A stretch of DNA of 64,000 nt, taken from NCBI GenBank assembly GCA_964016885.1, contig OZ024741.1, positions 151,962,001 through 152,026,000 on the forward strand, in the 5' to 3' direction. This document shows positions 12,771-28,087 of this stretch, in pieces. The position numbers and the translations under genes were made by a program. Source of the DNA: Eledone cirrhosa. Taxonomy: Eukaryota. The notes under the pieces are model-generated. The model was not told the origin of the DNA. It ran no database searches and was given only the letters and a program-made list of their open reading frames with translations. Each line of letters starts with the position of its first letter. Position 1 is the stretch's first letter.

Positions 12771-14895
12771 TACCTCAGGTAAAATTCTGATTAAACAGAT
12801 CTATGATCAAAGGCATTCAAATCATAAGAATCTCATCTTATTAAAGATAGCTTTCTTTTCCGTTCCCCAGATAGTAGTGTATGATATTTGAATGTAATTT
12901 GACTCTTATTTCCTGCAGGTCAAGCGATGACGTAGATGCTCATTTGCTTTTGTTTTATATTAGTGGTCCCCAAGCTTATTTTGTCGCAAAACATATAATT
13001 TTCCAAATATCAGAGAACCTATAAGTGTAGGTTGGACCTCCGTCGATTCTGACGATGAGTGTTCCAGTCGTTTAAACAAAGTAACAGCTTGCTCGGGAAA
13101 TTAACGTGCAAGTGGCTGAGCATTCTACAGACTTTTGAACTCCTAATGTAATTCTCAAGAAGATTCAGTTTGACACAGTATATGACACGACTGGCTTTTT
13201 GAATTATAAGTATAACTCATTTTTACCGCCAGGAATCGAACTCACGGTTTTACGATCATGTGCCAATCAATATAACCACTAAGCTGCACGCCTTCACACG
13301 CACACCTATATTTTATAGACAATGTTCACCACTCTAATTTTTAATAAGATATTAAATGCTACAAAAAATGTGTTTGAGTAAAATAATTATTCATACTTTT
13401 TAAAGATACCTTATCTGTCAGAATCCAGAAATTTTCCGCAGAACCCATATGGGAAGCATTCTGCTTTATGATACTATAGCTAATGAGGCATTATCTAAGG
13501 TGGGAATACAACTGCACAAAGCTCACATTTCTCTTTGTCTTACAAATATTCAAGGCTTGAGTCAACTCGGGGCTATAGTAAAATCACTTTTCCATGAATA
13601 CCTACAGTGATAACGGACCCCAGACTCCATGATTGCGAAGCGATCTTCTTAAGCACTCAGTCATGCCTGCATACACAGTGCCATTATTAATTAATTTATG
13701 ATCTGAGTTCAAATCCCGCCGAGGTTAACTTTGCCTTTCATCCTTACTGGGTCGATACAATAAAGTAGCAGTAATACACTGGGATAATTGCTGGCCGTGC
13801 CAAAAATAGAAACAATTATTAACTAATTTCGATGTTGATGGATTAGCAGAATCGGTAGAGCGCCGTGCGAAATGCTTTGAAATATGTAATTACGGCATTT
13901 TACGTAATAAAACCTATCGAGTTCAAGTTTGCCTTTCATTTTTCCGAGGTTGATAAAATAAATTACCAGTAAAGTACTAAGATTGATTTAATCGACCTTT
14001 TTCTTCTTCCAAACTTGCTGTTCTTGTGCCTAAATTAGACACAATTATTTACTAAATTTTGATTACAGTAATGAAGATATAAATACCGTTTGCTGCCTAC
14101 GCACAACTACATAGACAAATATATACAGGCATTGTTTATGCCTCCATAGTCATACAAGTGGTAATGCATGAACCTACTGACCCTAATTTAATTGGATGAT
14201 GGCTTGTCGCAAGACACATCTGCCGTTGCAATACCATTTTACAAACAAATCAGCTACTTTAAATTTACATTTTAGTATCAATGGAAACATATTGAAGTTA
14301 GACTTCCAATATCATAATGACAAAGAGAATGAGAAAAATAATAAGTAAAAGAAATACGAGGAGGAAACTCAACCCACTTGGCTGCATGGCATATCATGGC
14401 TGTACCCCGCAAACAACAGGGCGAAAGCATTGCAGTAGAGAAGAGGCAGCGAACCCCGCTATATTAGCCATTCCACCTGGCGTGACTCCTTTCGCAGGCG
14501 TGATGCTCTTATCCCTATTTAACAGAGGAAAGAATCTTTCGAAATTTGAGTTTCCATGAAAATTTGTTGGTCTGACATCAATATCTTTATCGAGACTTTC
14601 GATAGTTAACATATCTTAAACTTGGAAAATATACAATCTCTATAGAAATAGTAAGGAAAAAACAATACGAGCCATTGACAAATATAATTTTAATTCGACA
14701 AGTACGAACGACAACTCAGGATAAGTTTCTGTCTGGCTATGCCTTAACCAACTCAGCATATGCGTTACCATATTTGTCAAAGTAGCGAAGAAATAATCGT
14801 TAACCCTTTCGTTAATATATTTCTAATTAAAAACACTACCTAAAATTTTCAAATAATTTTGAAAATAATCATGATTTTAGCAGGATGTAGTAATA

Positions 14896-16050
14896 CAGGG
14901 TGGTTTTAAAAAACTGGCCCGTGCAGGTTTTGTGTCACTGTAAATTCATTTTCATAACCGATCAACCTTAAATTTCAGGACATAGCAAATACAAGATCTG
15001 AGAAGACAACTAGAGCCCTGTGGAAGTTCCAACACCAGATTTTCTGTATGAAACACTACTGTAAGTGTGACTCGTACAAGCAGGTCCTGGACAAATATTA
15101 AGCATTTTTGGAACAGACAAATCTCCATTCAAAACCAGTATACAAAACTGGGTGAAGAAGTTTGAGACCTATGGGACAGTGGGGAATCTAAATACAATGT
15201 CTGAGGACCATTATACTCACTCAGGACGTTCGGGAAGTGTACACGGGAAGTTATTGACATGGTCCAAGAGTCTGTTGAACAGAGCACAAAATGTTCGCTC
15301 CCTAGAAACAAATCCTTGAGTCTCTCCACCGAAACTTGCAGAAGGTTTGTCAAAGAAGATCTTGAAAAGTACCCTTACAAATTACAGACTAATTAAACGC
15401 TTACTGTGGCTGATAAGGCCAAGAGAAAGGTTATCGCTGAGGAAATGCTGAAGAAGATGGAAAACAACCAACATTTTCTGAATCTGCTGAGGACATCTAA
15501 TGAAGCCCACTTTCACCTAAAGGGAAACATCAACTCTAGGAACAATATATTCTGGGGGTCAGAGAAAACACTTTGACGTGGTTATGAACATTTTCCACTC
15601 GGCTAAATGTACAGTTTGGGCTGAAATTTCTAAGAGAGAGTTAATCGGCCCATTCTTCTTCGAAGAAAATGGTGTTATTGATACAATCACAAAGCAATGC
15701 TATGTGGGGGTCCTATAAGACTTTAAAAAGGAGCGCTTATTCATCTATAGTGAATATCTTCTGGTTCCAGCAAGATGGAACAAGCCCTTACACCTCCAAT
15801 GAGTCGTGAGAATGGCTGGAAAATAACTTTGGAAATTGTGTGAGTAGTTTGAAGACTGATTTTGACTAAAAAAAATGCATGGAATCAAATGGAGATCAGT
15901 TGGAATATGTGCTGTAACTTTAGACAGAATCATCAGAAGATGATTTTCTTTTAATGTTGAACTAAATATTATCGTAATTTCATTAATTTTTGTCAAGAAA
16001 TAAATAATGTAGACAAAAATAAAACGAAGCCAGTTCTTTTTAGTACCCTG
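14896..16050 (+). mobile_element. Degenerate Tc1/mariner-superfamily DNA transposon
   Basis: TA-flanked imperfect TIRs CAGGGTGGTTTTAAAAAACTGGC / GCCAGTTCTTTTTAGTACCCTG; broken transposase motifs SNEAHFHLKGNINSRNNIFWGSE, HSAKCTVWA, IGPFFFEE, WFQQDG. Confidence 0.9.
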
Positions 16051-16917
16051 TATGACTTTCTCATTATTAAACTGTTACTTGGAATATAACTTAACAAAGG
16101 TGCTTAGATAAATTTATGACAGAAGGTGTTTATATAAACATAAAAAATCAAAAATACGTAAATAGCTCAGCTTTCTAGAGCCAGGGTCAGCTTCAGTCGA
16201 CGAACTGACAGAGTCCTTAGGACGTCGGATCAAATTCCTCAGTAATTGTTCCTGATCATTCCGCTCTGTGTTCAATTCCTGCTACGGTTAACTTTGCCTT
16301 TCATACTTTCGAGGTTGGTGAGAAAAGAATAAGTTCAAAGGACGTGAGTGGTAGATTGGTGGAATGGTTAAAGGATAAGACAAGATACTCTGTGTGTTCT
16401 AAATTCAAATTTTGCCACCTTCTGCCATGAGTTGCGACCGGAAGATAGTATCAACAATGGAAATACCAATGGAAACAGTGTTCCTTGGTCAATTCTGATG
16501 ATCGGCTCCTTCCCTTTCCTTTCTTTCTTTATATCAAATATATAAATATAGATGCGTTCAGACATTAAATTAATCTTTGGCGCCATCTGTCGTAAGATAT
16601 ATTGGTTAACTTTGTGTTAACGTTCTTTGAAACATTGCAACGTCGACGATAGAATATAAAAGCTATTGATCCTGTGACCCGTTCGTTGAAACTCTGTTGA
16701 AACGAACATCCGCTTCTATAATTCCGATATATCGCTTTCCTGAAATTCTTTGTTTTAGCCACAGCCACGTCATATAAATATATGTGTCATATGTGCAACA
16801 GACAGTCACATGGTTTTCAAGATAAAACAGCTACAGGGAATTATAGTCACCTAACAATGGTGACATACTATTTCAGTATGAGTCTCTTCGTATAGTTGTA
16901 TGTGTGGACCTGTACCT

Positions 16918-17026
<109 letters not shown>

Positions 17027-17028
17027 CA

Positions 17029-17060
<32 letters not shown>

Positions 17061-17117
17061 CATATATATACATATTAATTCTGGCAATATTACGCAAATA
17101 TGACCCTCCCCAAACAT

Positions 17118-17155
<38 letters not shown>

Positions 17156-17158
17156 GTA

Positions 17159-17282
<124 letters not shown>

Positions 17283-17329
17283 TACATATGTGTACATATA
17301 TATATATATTTTTTTTTTTTCTTATCGTT

Positions 17330-20150
17330 TTGGAAGCCTCAGCAATGCAGATGGGTAAATCTCCGGGTAACAGAATCCGGTGGTGAAGAGAGAGATGTAA
17401 GGGAGTGTAGAATGAGATGTATAGTGTGTAGAGGAACGTAGGAAAGAGCGTAAAAAATAAAAATAATAACAGGAGATAGAGTTACCTTGGGAGAGATTTA
17501 ATTGTCCCTATATTTCGAATTCGCATCCATCAACTGGGGAGTTTTCCGGAAGGGAAAGTAATCTGTCGGAGAGGAACGATGCGTGGCCTCTGTTGTCCGC
17601 TTTTTGTGTGTAACTGAGGTATTCTGTAGAGCGCATGTGCGCGCGTAATAGCTGCGGTCAAGCAAAGGTCAAAGCAACTCCTTTTTATTGTGGGAGTGGG
17701 ATGGTGTTAGCTGTCAATCCATTGTACTACCTATATATACTGATCTTTGGTACTAGCAGTGTAGTAGTCTGTCTGGTCGCTTGTTGGTCGAGGGAAGGTG
17801 GGGGCGCTAAACACACAATAACAATCGTTCGAATGCCACTGTGTGTGTGTGTGTGTGTGTGTGCGTGTGTTGTTGTCTGGTTTGTTTACACCAGCCACCT
17901 CGTCTCGCTTCTCTCGGATCGGTTATTTATTTGTGGTCCTAGGCGTTTGATACAAAGTGCTTCCTTGATTCGTAACGTGCCGACGTTGCGTTCTGTCGCT
18001 AGCACTGTGACAATGGGCCTTCCGTCTTTGTTTCCGCATTTGGTTATGTGTTTCGGGAAAGACGAGGCCCTGGTATTGATGTGCTCCTTGATCCGGATAT
18101 GTAGCGGCCGGATTGTGCTACCGATATAGTAGTCGTTGCACTTGTCACATTCTACCTTGTATACAACGTATGTGCGTAAGCAACAGTTCGTATGGCGCAT
18201 CGGACAGTTTCCGAGGGAACACGCGTCAGTCGATTTCCCGAGTTTCCTGGAGAGGCATCTCCGTAGGGAGGGGCCCGAGTGGGCCAGTTGGATGTCGAGG
18301 CCCTCTCTCTGTATAGCCCTGTGGATAGCGTTGATGGTTTTCTCGCCCAGGTGTGGTATTTTAAGGAAGCACTTGCCTTGGGTGTTTCTCTGCCTCTTGC
18401 GTTTGTTCTCTCTTACTCTGTTTGTAAGCGAGGATGGGTATCCGTTCGTCTCCAGCACCCTGAGGAATCGCTTGGTGTGGGTGACACCACTCACGGGATC
18501 GCTACATCTGTTTTTAATTCGCGTGATCTCGTTCGTAATGTACCCTCTTTTAGCAGTTAGGGAGGGCAGACTTGTAGTGGACGAACAAGTCCCTGCAGGC
18601 TGCAGTGCGGTAGAAGTTGGTGTGGATCCCTCCCTGTTCCGTGATTGATTTGGAAGTCGAGGAGGGCAAGTGACCCGTCGTCGTTGGGGTGTTCAACACT
18701 GAAATCAATATTCTCGCCGTGTTGAACGTCTCATAAATCCCGCTCGCCATCTCCTGGGAAGATGTGAGGATGAGGATGTCGTCCACGTACCTTGAGAAAA
18801 AGGCGACGGCGTTGGGGTGGAAGGTGTTGAGTACCTTGCACTCGAGGCTGTCCATGTATGAGATCGCTAGCACACCCGACAGACTTGAGCCATGGGCAGC
18901 CCCGAGGTTTGCTGGTATGTTTGGTCGAGAAAACCGAAATACATGTTGTCAACGACGACGGATAGGAGTTGGTGGATGTCAGTGGGGGTGAGCCCGAAGC
19001 AGTGTAGGTCGGTAGGTTGGACGCGTTCCATCAGTATATCAACGGCCGGGAGCGCCGGGACCGAGGTGTAAAGAGCGACCACATCAAGGCTGAAGGCATA
19101 TCTGTTAGCCTTTCTGGTGTCGGGATCCATTTGATGCAGGCGCTCCAACACCCTCGGAGCTGTTTACGTGTCCCGGCAAGGTGTCTAGTATGGGTTTGAG
19201 TATTCTGGCTAGGAGCCATGATATTTTGTAGAGCGGTCCTTCCACGCTCGATGCAATGGGTTTGATCTTCAGGTCGGGTCCCTGTTTGTGTGTTTTCACA
19301 AGGTGGTAGAAGGCGGGTAGTCTGCTGTTCCTCGTGAGGAGGTTGTATCTGAGCTTCTTCGGGAGCTTCCGCCGGTCACAGATGTTGGTCCAGGCGGCGT
19401 TGATGTGCTCCTCGATCTGCGCGGGAGTGATTCCTGTGACTTTGGAGTAGAGTTTGTCATCGTGAAGGTGTTGGAGGGCCAGGGTGTTATAGGCCTCTCT
19501 GCTGATGACGCAGAATTCTTTTCCCTTGTCGGAGGGGAGGTAAATGAGGTTCTTCGATTTCAGGTTGGAGAGAGTGGTGAGTTGAGATTTAGTGAGGTTG
19601 TGTGTTGTGCGTGTGTGTGTGTGTTTGTGTAGGATATCAGAGATGGAGTGTTTTAACTTGATGAGTTTAGTGTCGAGTTCGTGGTTGGTGGTGGGGGTGG
19701 AGTGGGTTGTCGAGGTGGTAAGTGGGGAACTTGGGGCGGGTTGTGTGGGCGCTGTTATTTTCCGTGACGCTGTTGATGGCGGTCACCCATTTAAGTTGGT
19801 AGGCGGCTCGACAAAAGTTGGCCTCGATGTTGAGTTTGAGTTTATCGTCGAGCCGTTGTGAGACGATGAACTTGGGTCCGAGGCGTAGAAGTTCCAGCTC
19901 ATCGTTCGTGATGGTGCCGGTTAGGTCGGTGACCAGGTACGTCGCATCGTTGAGGTGTCGCTCGGTGTTGGTGGATGTGGCGGCGGCGGTTGTTACGTTG
20001 CTGTTTTTCACGTTGTTCTGGTCTGTCTGTTTGTTAGTGTCGGTGTTCTCGTTGTGGAGTTTAAGCAAGATCCACTCATATTTCTGCTTGAGCCGTTTTT
20101 TATTTCGTGTTGGACTGATCGATTGCTTTTGTGATTTTAAGGAGCATATA
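17330..20150 (-). mobile_element. Near-full-length Penelope-like retroelement (RT + GIY-YIG endonuclease), frameshifted
   Basis: LLRLGPKF, KTHK..KIKPIASS, FSLDVVALYTSVP, QTSGLPM, RYVDDIL, then VVYKVECDKCNDYYIGSTIRPLHIRIKEH; pLTR-like 3' region 17330-17885 with a hammerhead variant; ends at a (TA)n tract. Confidence 0.95.
17505..17540 (-). ncRNA. Minimal hammerhead variant (CAGTTGA core) in Penelope pLTR
   Basis: TCCC-CAGTTGA-T-GGAT-gcga-ATTC-GAAA-TA-TA-GGGA. Confidence 0.6.
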
Positions 20151-20170
20151 TATATTTTTTTTTATGTATA

Positions 20171-20385
20171 TGGCTGAGTGGTTAGAGAATTAGATTCAGA
20201 ATCTTGAGGTTGTGAGTTCAATTCCTGGACCGGGTGATGCGTTATGTCCTTGAGCAATACACTTTATGTCACGTTGCTCTTTCTACCTGGAGTTGCGACC
20301 GATAGATAGTATTAGCAACGATAGTATTAGGAAAGACCAATGGAAACATTGTTTCCTCGGTCCGATTTGACGAGAGTCGATCGAT
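20171..20385 (+). mobile_element. tRNA-derived SINE with CORE-like segment
   Basis: tggctgagtggttaga A box, gagttcaattcc B box, gtccttgagcaatacactt; related copy at 31451-31740. Confidence 0.8.
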
Positions 20386-20753
20386 CCTTATATATATATA
20401 TATATATATATATACATGTGTGTGTGAATGGGTAACTGTACATAGATACGCACACAGACACACATATATATATACATATATGTATATATATACATATATA
20501 TACATATGTATATATATATATATATATATAGTAATAATAATAAAATTGAAGACTAAAATCCAGAGAGGGCTCGATAAGGAAAATATATATCAAATATATA
20601 AGAACCGAAGAGCAAGTATCGTCTTCCTGTCTTCCTCCGGTTGCAACGTTTTTTGAAATATCCAGTTCTGCGTTTACAGATTGACTTTGTTAGTTTCAGA
20701 AGATCCCGTTAAGGGTGAAAGCAGCGATTCTTTGCTTAAACTTTAATCTGTTA

Positions 20754-20824
<71 letters not shown>

Positions 20825-21094
20825 CATATATATGTATATATACATATATATACATATGTATATATATATAAATATGTACATATGTATGCGTGTGTGTGTG
20901 CGTGTGCGTCCGTGTGTGTGTACGCATGCGTTTGTGTGTGTCTATGACCATTTATTTCCCATAACTTTTGGCAAAAGCGGGATCGAGAAGATGAGTACCA
21001 GATTTGAATAAATAATAAGTACTGGTGTCAACATGCTCAACTAAATCACGGAGGTGCCTTAGCATAATCGCAGTCTAAAGCAGACAAAAAGATG

Positions 21095-21119
<25 letters not shown>

Positions 21120-21152
<33 letters not shown>

Positions 21153-21556
21153 AAGTCGGTCTGTGTGTCTGTCTGTCTGTCTGTGTACAAATAATATGCT
21201 CCTTTTAACTTTTGAAGTACTAGGCCGATTTGCTTCAAGGAATTATATTTCTATGCCCAGTGGATGGTCAACGTGGTAGTAGCAGCGCCATCTTACGCAT
21301 AAGGTTTAGTCTACTGAAGGACATACGGTGCGTCTATTCCATCTTTATCCCCTTACTCATACCTACTACAGCAAGGCCGGACCTGAAATCATTCACGTCA
21401 ATTAACTCAAGCTACCCCATGAATTGTTTTTATGTTGCCGTTTATTTCATTCAATCATGTCACTGTACACCCATTTTGTTAAACCTTTTTTTACAATTAC
21501 ATTTGAATTCTTTGCTCAACCTTTGGCTCTCTTTATACGCCGGGTACATCTGCTAG
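21120..21556 (+). mobile_element. Non-autonomous Helitron-like fragment
   Basis: tatataaa...(tctg)n head and acgccgggtacatctgCTAG|T end, resembling 4676-5881. Confidence 0.6.
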
Positions 21557-21574
21557 TATATATATATATATATA

Positions 21575-23145
21575 TAAATATATAAATATATAATGAGCTC
21601 AAAGAATCGATTCCGGGTTCTTTATAAGACAGTATATATAGACAAATACACAAACAGATATGTGTTCAATTATAGAGGATAGAATACCACCAGAGTGAAA
21701 ACCATATTGTCTACGAACAGAATGGAGAATACATATCAATTAAAAGAATAAATTAAAATGTACAAAAGATTCGTTTATAACTACAACAGCTGGACATGCT
21801 GTAAGCCTGTTTCGTCACAAATAAAGTGTAGATTCATACCGTGAAAAGCATATTATAAAGCTGACGGCCGTATGTATGTAACAAACTTTTCGCCAATCCT
21901 AAAAACTATTCAAACACAACATCAGAGCACGTTAACCCCCTCCACCCCACACACACATCGTCGCTGACTTGCGAGGGCGTGCGGTATCTTTGCACTGGAG
22001 TGGAGGGGGTATTCCTGAAAAGATAAAATGCCGGTATACCTTACCGGTGGCCATCCGGACGGGGCAGTTAGTATATATATATATATATTCTCACGGAGAT
22101 GGGAAAACTTGGCGTATGGAAGCTGTTAGAACAGCAAAATTCCGCCGAAGCGGCGTTGGGTAAAATATTACCTCGAAGAACAGAGATCAGCGGCTAGATG
22201 TGAGTTGACTCGACTCGAAGGAAGGAAGAGAAGATAGGAAGAAGGAAAAAGAATGTATGACAGTGAACAGGTCACAAACATTAAGTAATGCTCTTCAGAT
22301 ATATATATATATATACACAGACACACACACACATATATACATACTTACACACGCACATATATATAATACACACACACACATATATATATATATATTTATA
22401 TAAGACAGTATATAGAGAGAAATACACAAGGTGGTATGTGTTCAATTATAGGGGATACAATACCACCAGGGTGAAAACCATATTGTCTACGAAAGGAATG
22501 AAAAATACATATCAATTAAAAGAATAAATTAAAATGTACAAACCATTCATTTATAACTACAACACCTGGACATGCTGGAATGGTTTGTACATTTTAATTT
22601 CTTTCTTTTAATTGCTATGTATTCTCCATTCCGTTCGTAGACAATATGGTTTTCACCTTGGTGGTATTTTATCCCCTATAATTGAACACATACCTCTCTG
22701 TGTATTTTTCTATATATACTGTCTTATAAAGAGCCCGAAATCGATTCCTTGAGCCCATTAAATTATAGGGGGTTAATGTGATTCTTTAACCCCGTTTTTT
22801 TAATTTGATATATTGGCTCTTGATTCATTTCTATATGTAAATAGGGATTCTTACGTTGAATGGTTCGCAGCTGCTGTTTTTACCAACAGGTGGACCAACA
22901 ATATGATCCACATTTCTAAAAATATATCAGATAACTAGTATACGCACATGGTGGAAAGAGAAAACATGCGCACTATACAGCCCTTGGTGGTGAGAATGGA
23001 CCAAAAGACCGCTAAAAACAGCAGCTGCGAACCATTCAACGTAAGAATCCCTATTTAGATATAGAAATGAATCAAGAGCCAATATATCAAATTTAAAAAA
23101 ACGGGGTTAAAGAATCACATTAATCCCCTAATAATTTAATGGGCC
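21575..23145. repeat. Composite of direct (21590-21800 / 22400-22578) and inverted (22410-22578 / 22579-22730; 22755-22915 / 23014-23143) repeats
   Basis: Repeated gtgaaaaccatattgtctacgaa on both strands; mirrored aatagggattcttacgttgaatggttcgcagctgctgttttt. Confidence 0.8.
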
Positions 23146-23471
23146 CTCGGGAGCAAAGATGAAGAGATTGTTTGGCGAGCTCACCCTATAGCATCCTACA
23201 TACAATTAACCATGGTTTTCCCAGATGAAGGCCAGCCACTTTTAGGGTTTGACCCTGAGCTTTGTTGATGGTAATCGCGAAGCTTAGTCTCTCTGTTGCT
23301 CTAGTAACATTTTTTCTTCTGGAAAATCTGATCTTGCCGTCAGGCTAGGACGTTTTGGGTGGCATATCGGCAGTAACTATGACGACGATAAGCCGTCTGT
23401 GCTTTCGTTAAATAAATACGTTTGTTTATATTTTGTTTTTGTGTATGCAAAAATATCTGTACACGAATATA

Positions 23472-23547
<76 letters not shown>

Positions 23548-23883
23548 TAGCAGATTAAAGTTTAAGCAAAGAATCGTTGCTTTCACCTTTAACGGGATCT
23601 TCCGAAACTAAAAAAATCAGTCTGTGAACGCAGATGTAAATATTTCGAACAACGTTGCAGCCGAAATAAAACAGGAAGATGATACTTTGGTTCGTGAAGA
23701 CGTTAGGAATGTCGTATAAGCGGAAGTGTTGACATTTGAAAAATGTTAAGAAGTGAATATTTAAATAAACGATAAAATATTTTGAATCTTTTAACAAAAT
23801 TTAGTAGATGAAAATACCCTCACTTGCTTACTTGGAAAAAGTTACAGCTATGGTGCAAATGTTCTGCCATTTATATATATATA

Positions 23884-23951
<68 letters not shown>

Positions 23952-24120
23952 ATTATATATATATATATGTGTGTGTAGATAAATCTACCAAAATAAAACG
24001 GTAGTGTCCAATCCGTATGAAGAACTCAATGTAATCAAAATATAGAAGATATCATGAAGAGAGAAAAAATGCATTCAAAAATCAACGATAAAAATCATAG
24101 GAAAACAGAGTCAAGATAAA

Positions 24121-25550
24121 TTAATAAAAACAATGAAATAAAAACAAAGAACAGGTTCCTTATATTGAAAAATTCATCATTTTACGATCGTTACTGGGAT
24201 ATATATGTGTGTGTTGGTATGTATATGATGTTAAAGATCTATGTAAACAAATTACAAATTATCAGAGGAGATATACATACCTTCACTTATATATGCCATC
24301 TTCAGAAATGATGAAGTATGTTTATTGAAAGAAAATATAAAAAGTCTGTTTGGGAACACGTTTTGAATTGACCAATAGAAAAGAGTTAGAGGTCAAGTAG
24401 AATTTACTGCTAGGAGTGGAGGAATGTAAATTTATGTTTTGAATGAGAAGAATGCAATGAAAAGAGTACAAATCTGATATTGGCATCATTAGTAAAAACA
24501 AAGAACTATTTGAAATCATGAAATCTAATGATATCCTATTAAATAAGCGACAGGAGTTAATTATATCATGCAATCATAGAATTAGAAAAAACTTTCAAAT
24601 ATTATAAACTTAATTAATATATACCTAACTCTTATATTTTACAAATTATTATAATTAATTTTTTAAAAAATGTTTAACTTTGTTAACCTATAATTAGAAT
24701 TTTACTACAGAGAATTTCATAATTTTATTTCCCTCTTACAGCTCTCTTTACCTAAAATTATCTTTAACCTCACTACTTCTTTTAACCACATCCCCTATTC
24801 ATCACATTTAATACCTAGGGTTATTAAATATAATTATTATCTTTCATATTTGAATATTTAGATGGATACACTACTTTTTATAAAATTTTATCTATTTCAG
24901 TTTTTCTATATATATTTTTTATTTTTAAATCCTTTTTATTTTAAAATCTTTTTACTTCTTTATTTATCACATTCATAAGAATTTATATAGTTTTAACTCT
25001 GTAAGTATACCTATCAATTAATTTAATTTCCTTTTATGTATCTAGGTTCATTGAATTTTAAATAGGATTAGTATTTCTCATTAACACTCTTATCCCAAAA
25101 ATCTTTTTCCCTTCACTTTTAACAGCATTCTTTAATAACATCAAATTTTTTTGGAATGCTTCACTATCTTCTTGATTTTACCTCATTCTAACCCCTATCT
25201 CTCTCTTCCTCATTGTATTCTTCTCATTCAAAACATAAATTTACATTCCTCCACTCCTAGCAGTAAATTCTACTTGACCTCTAACTCTTTTCTATTGGTC
25301 AATTCAAAACGTGTTCCCAAACAGACTTTTTATATTTTCTTTCAATAAACATACTTCATCATTTCTGAAGATGGCATGTATATGTGAAGGTATGTATATC
25401 TCCTCTGATAATTTGTAATTTGTTTACATAGATCTTTAACATCATATACATACCAACATACATATATATCCCAGAAACGTTGGTAAAATGATGAACTTTT
25501 CAATGTAAGGAACCTGTTCTTTGTTTTTATTTCATTGTTTTTATTAATTT
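24121..25550 (+). mobile_element. 5'-truncated Naiad-like Penelope: inverted pLTR + endonuclease C-terminus + pLTR
   Basis: Arms 24121-24460 / 25211-25550; between them KELFEIMKSNDILLNKRQELIISCNHR, resembling the C-terminus of ORF 44651-45853. Confidence 0.75.
25355..25495 (+). ncRNA. Type I hammerhead with ~95-nt stem II insertion; mirror copy 24173-24315 (-) has GAAA>GTAA
   Basis: 10-bp stem I TTCATCATTT/AAATGATGAA; CTGAAGA 25365-25371; TGG/CCA; GAAA 25474-25477; C-gttg-G-TA. Confidence 0.85.
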
Positions 25551-25580
25551 ATATATATAAATATACATGTATATATATAT

Positions 25581-25695
<115 letters not shown>

Positions 25696-26470
25696 CATAC
25701 ATATATACATATATGCATATATATGTATATATGTATGTATATATATATATATATATATATATTCTGGATTATATGTTGAAAAACTTCTAATTGGCTCGGG
25801 TTGTGGTATTTGATGAACCTATATAATAGTACATACACGTGCATATCTGGAGATGCATATATGCGGGCATACGCACACATATATATTTTGATTCACGTGG
25901 GGGTGGGGGATGCGTGCTGACGTGTATGTGTGTGGGTGAAGGTGTATAGGCGAGGAGAGGTTGGGGAGATATCAATTTTAAATTAGTTTCTTCTCCCTAA
26001 TTATTCACTAGAGTATGTGTTTTGTTTTGGGGGTAAAATGTATTGGAAGATTTACTAACCCACCTAATTTGTCATGTTATTATTAATTTTGATAATTTAT
26101 GCACATATGCCTATATACATACACCTATATATATTGACTGATATGGGCCTGTGTGTGAGCGTGTGTGGGTGGATGTGCAATTGTATGGGTGTGTGCATCT
26201 GTACGTTTTTGGCATTTATACAGAATTTATTATGTAAAAGATGTGTCATTACCTATAGTTACAAGACCATTTTAATGTATAAACGTTCGCTTAAGTGCCA
26301 GTGTGAATTAACCGTCATGCATTATGTGGTAAGTAATATCTCGTATTATGACTATGCATTTTTTAACTTGTTGGGGTGAATATTTATATATTGGTTAATT
26401 CTGATGTGCTCCATGAGGATGAAACGATTGTAAACGAATTATGATATAAATAATAGTGATTGGTAACATA

Positions 26471-27222
<752 letters not shown>

Positions 27223-28035
27223 ATATATATATATATATATAGTTAAATGAAACAAATAAAATACAGGAGGCAATTTTACTTAGTTATATTAGGTTTACGT
27301 GTGTTGTTGTGTGTATGTGTGTGTGTTTGTGTGCGTGTACGCGCGTGTCTGTGTATGCGCGTATGTGTACATATATATACATATATGTATACATGCAGAT
27401 ACATACATACATACATACATACATACATACATACATACATACATACATACATACATACATACATACTTACATACATACATACATAGACCAAGTTTGAACA
27501 GGCAATCTTAGGCAGAATGACCTTTCTGAAGAAACACTAGTAACTGCCAACACACTTTATATACCAGAACCTACCATATTTTCCTACAAATCAATTCTCC
27601 TTGTATATTGATGCTAACAACCTTTACCCGTGGAACGTACCACATAGAGAAATGTCACAAGCCTAATAAGTATTATATATATCGATATTTATCGAGGAAT
27701 TGTCCACCTATTCAAATTCATATTAAATTTCAATTATGAACTCGTTGCCTATAGATCTTAATTTTATTTCAAGTCAAAATTAAAGAGTCCAAACTTTAAA
27801 TACTTCAACGTTATATGAATCTATTGAGGTATGGATTTGTTATTTAAGCAACAAAGACGTACAAGGTAAATATTTTCTCCTGATATATAAACCTACTATA
27901 ATGCAAATCTATTTTTGTGATCGGTCTAACGATAAAAACGTTATTATATTAATCTAAAATTATTATTTGTGCTATAGTTTGCCTAACGGCATATGTTTAA
28001 AGTAGTAAATGTGCACAACAAAATGTTTCTTATCT

Positions 28036-28087
<52 letters not shown>

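Noticed and set aside
12123-12782. 219-aa hydrophobic ORF
   Set aside because: (GTT/GCT)n simple repeat with no domain or splice evidence
26395-26440. CTGATGT-gctccatgaggat-GAAACGATTGTA
   Set aside because: Core mutated and stem I not convincingly paired
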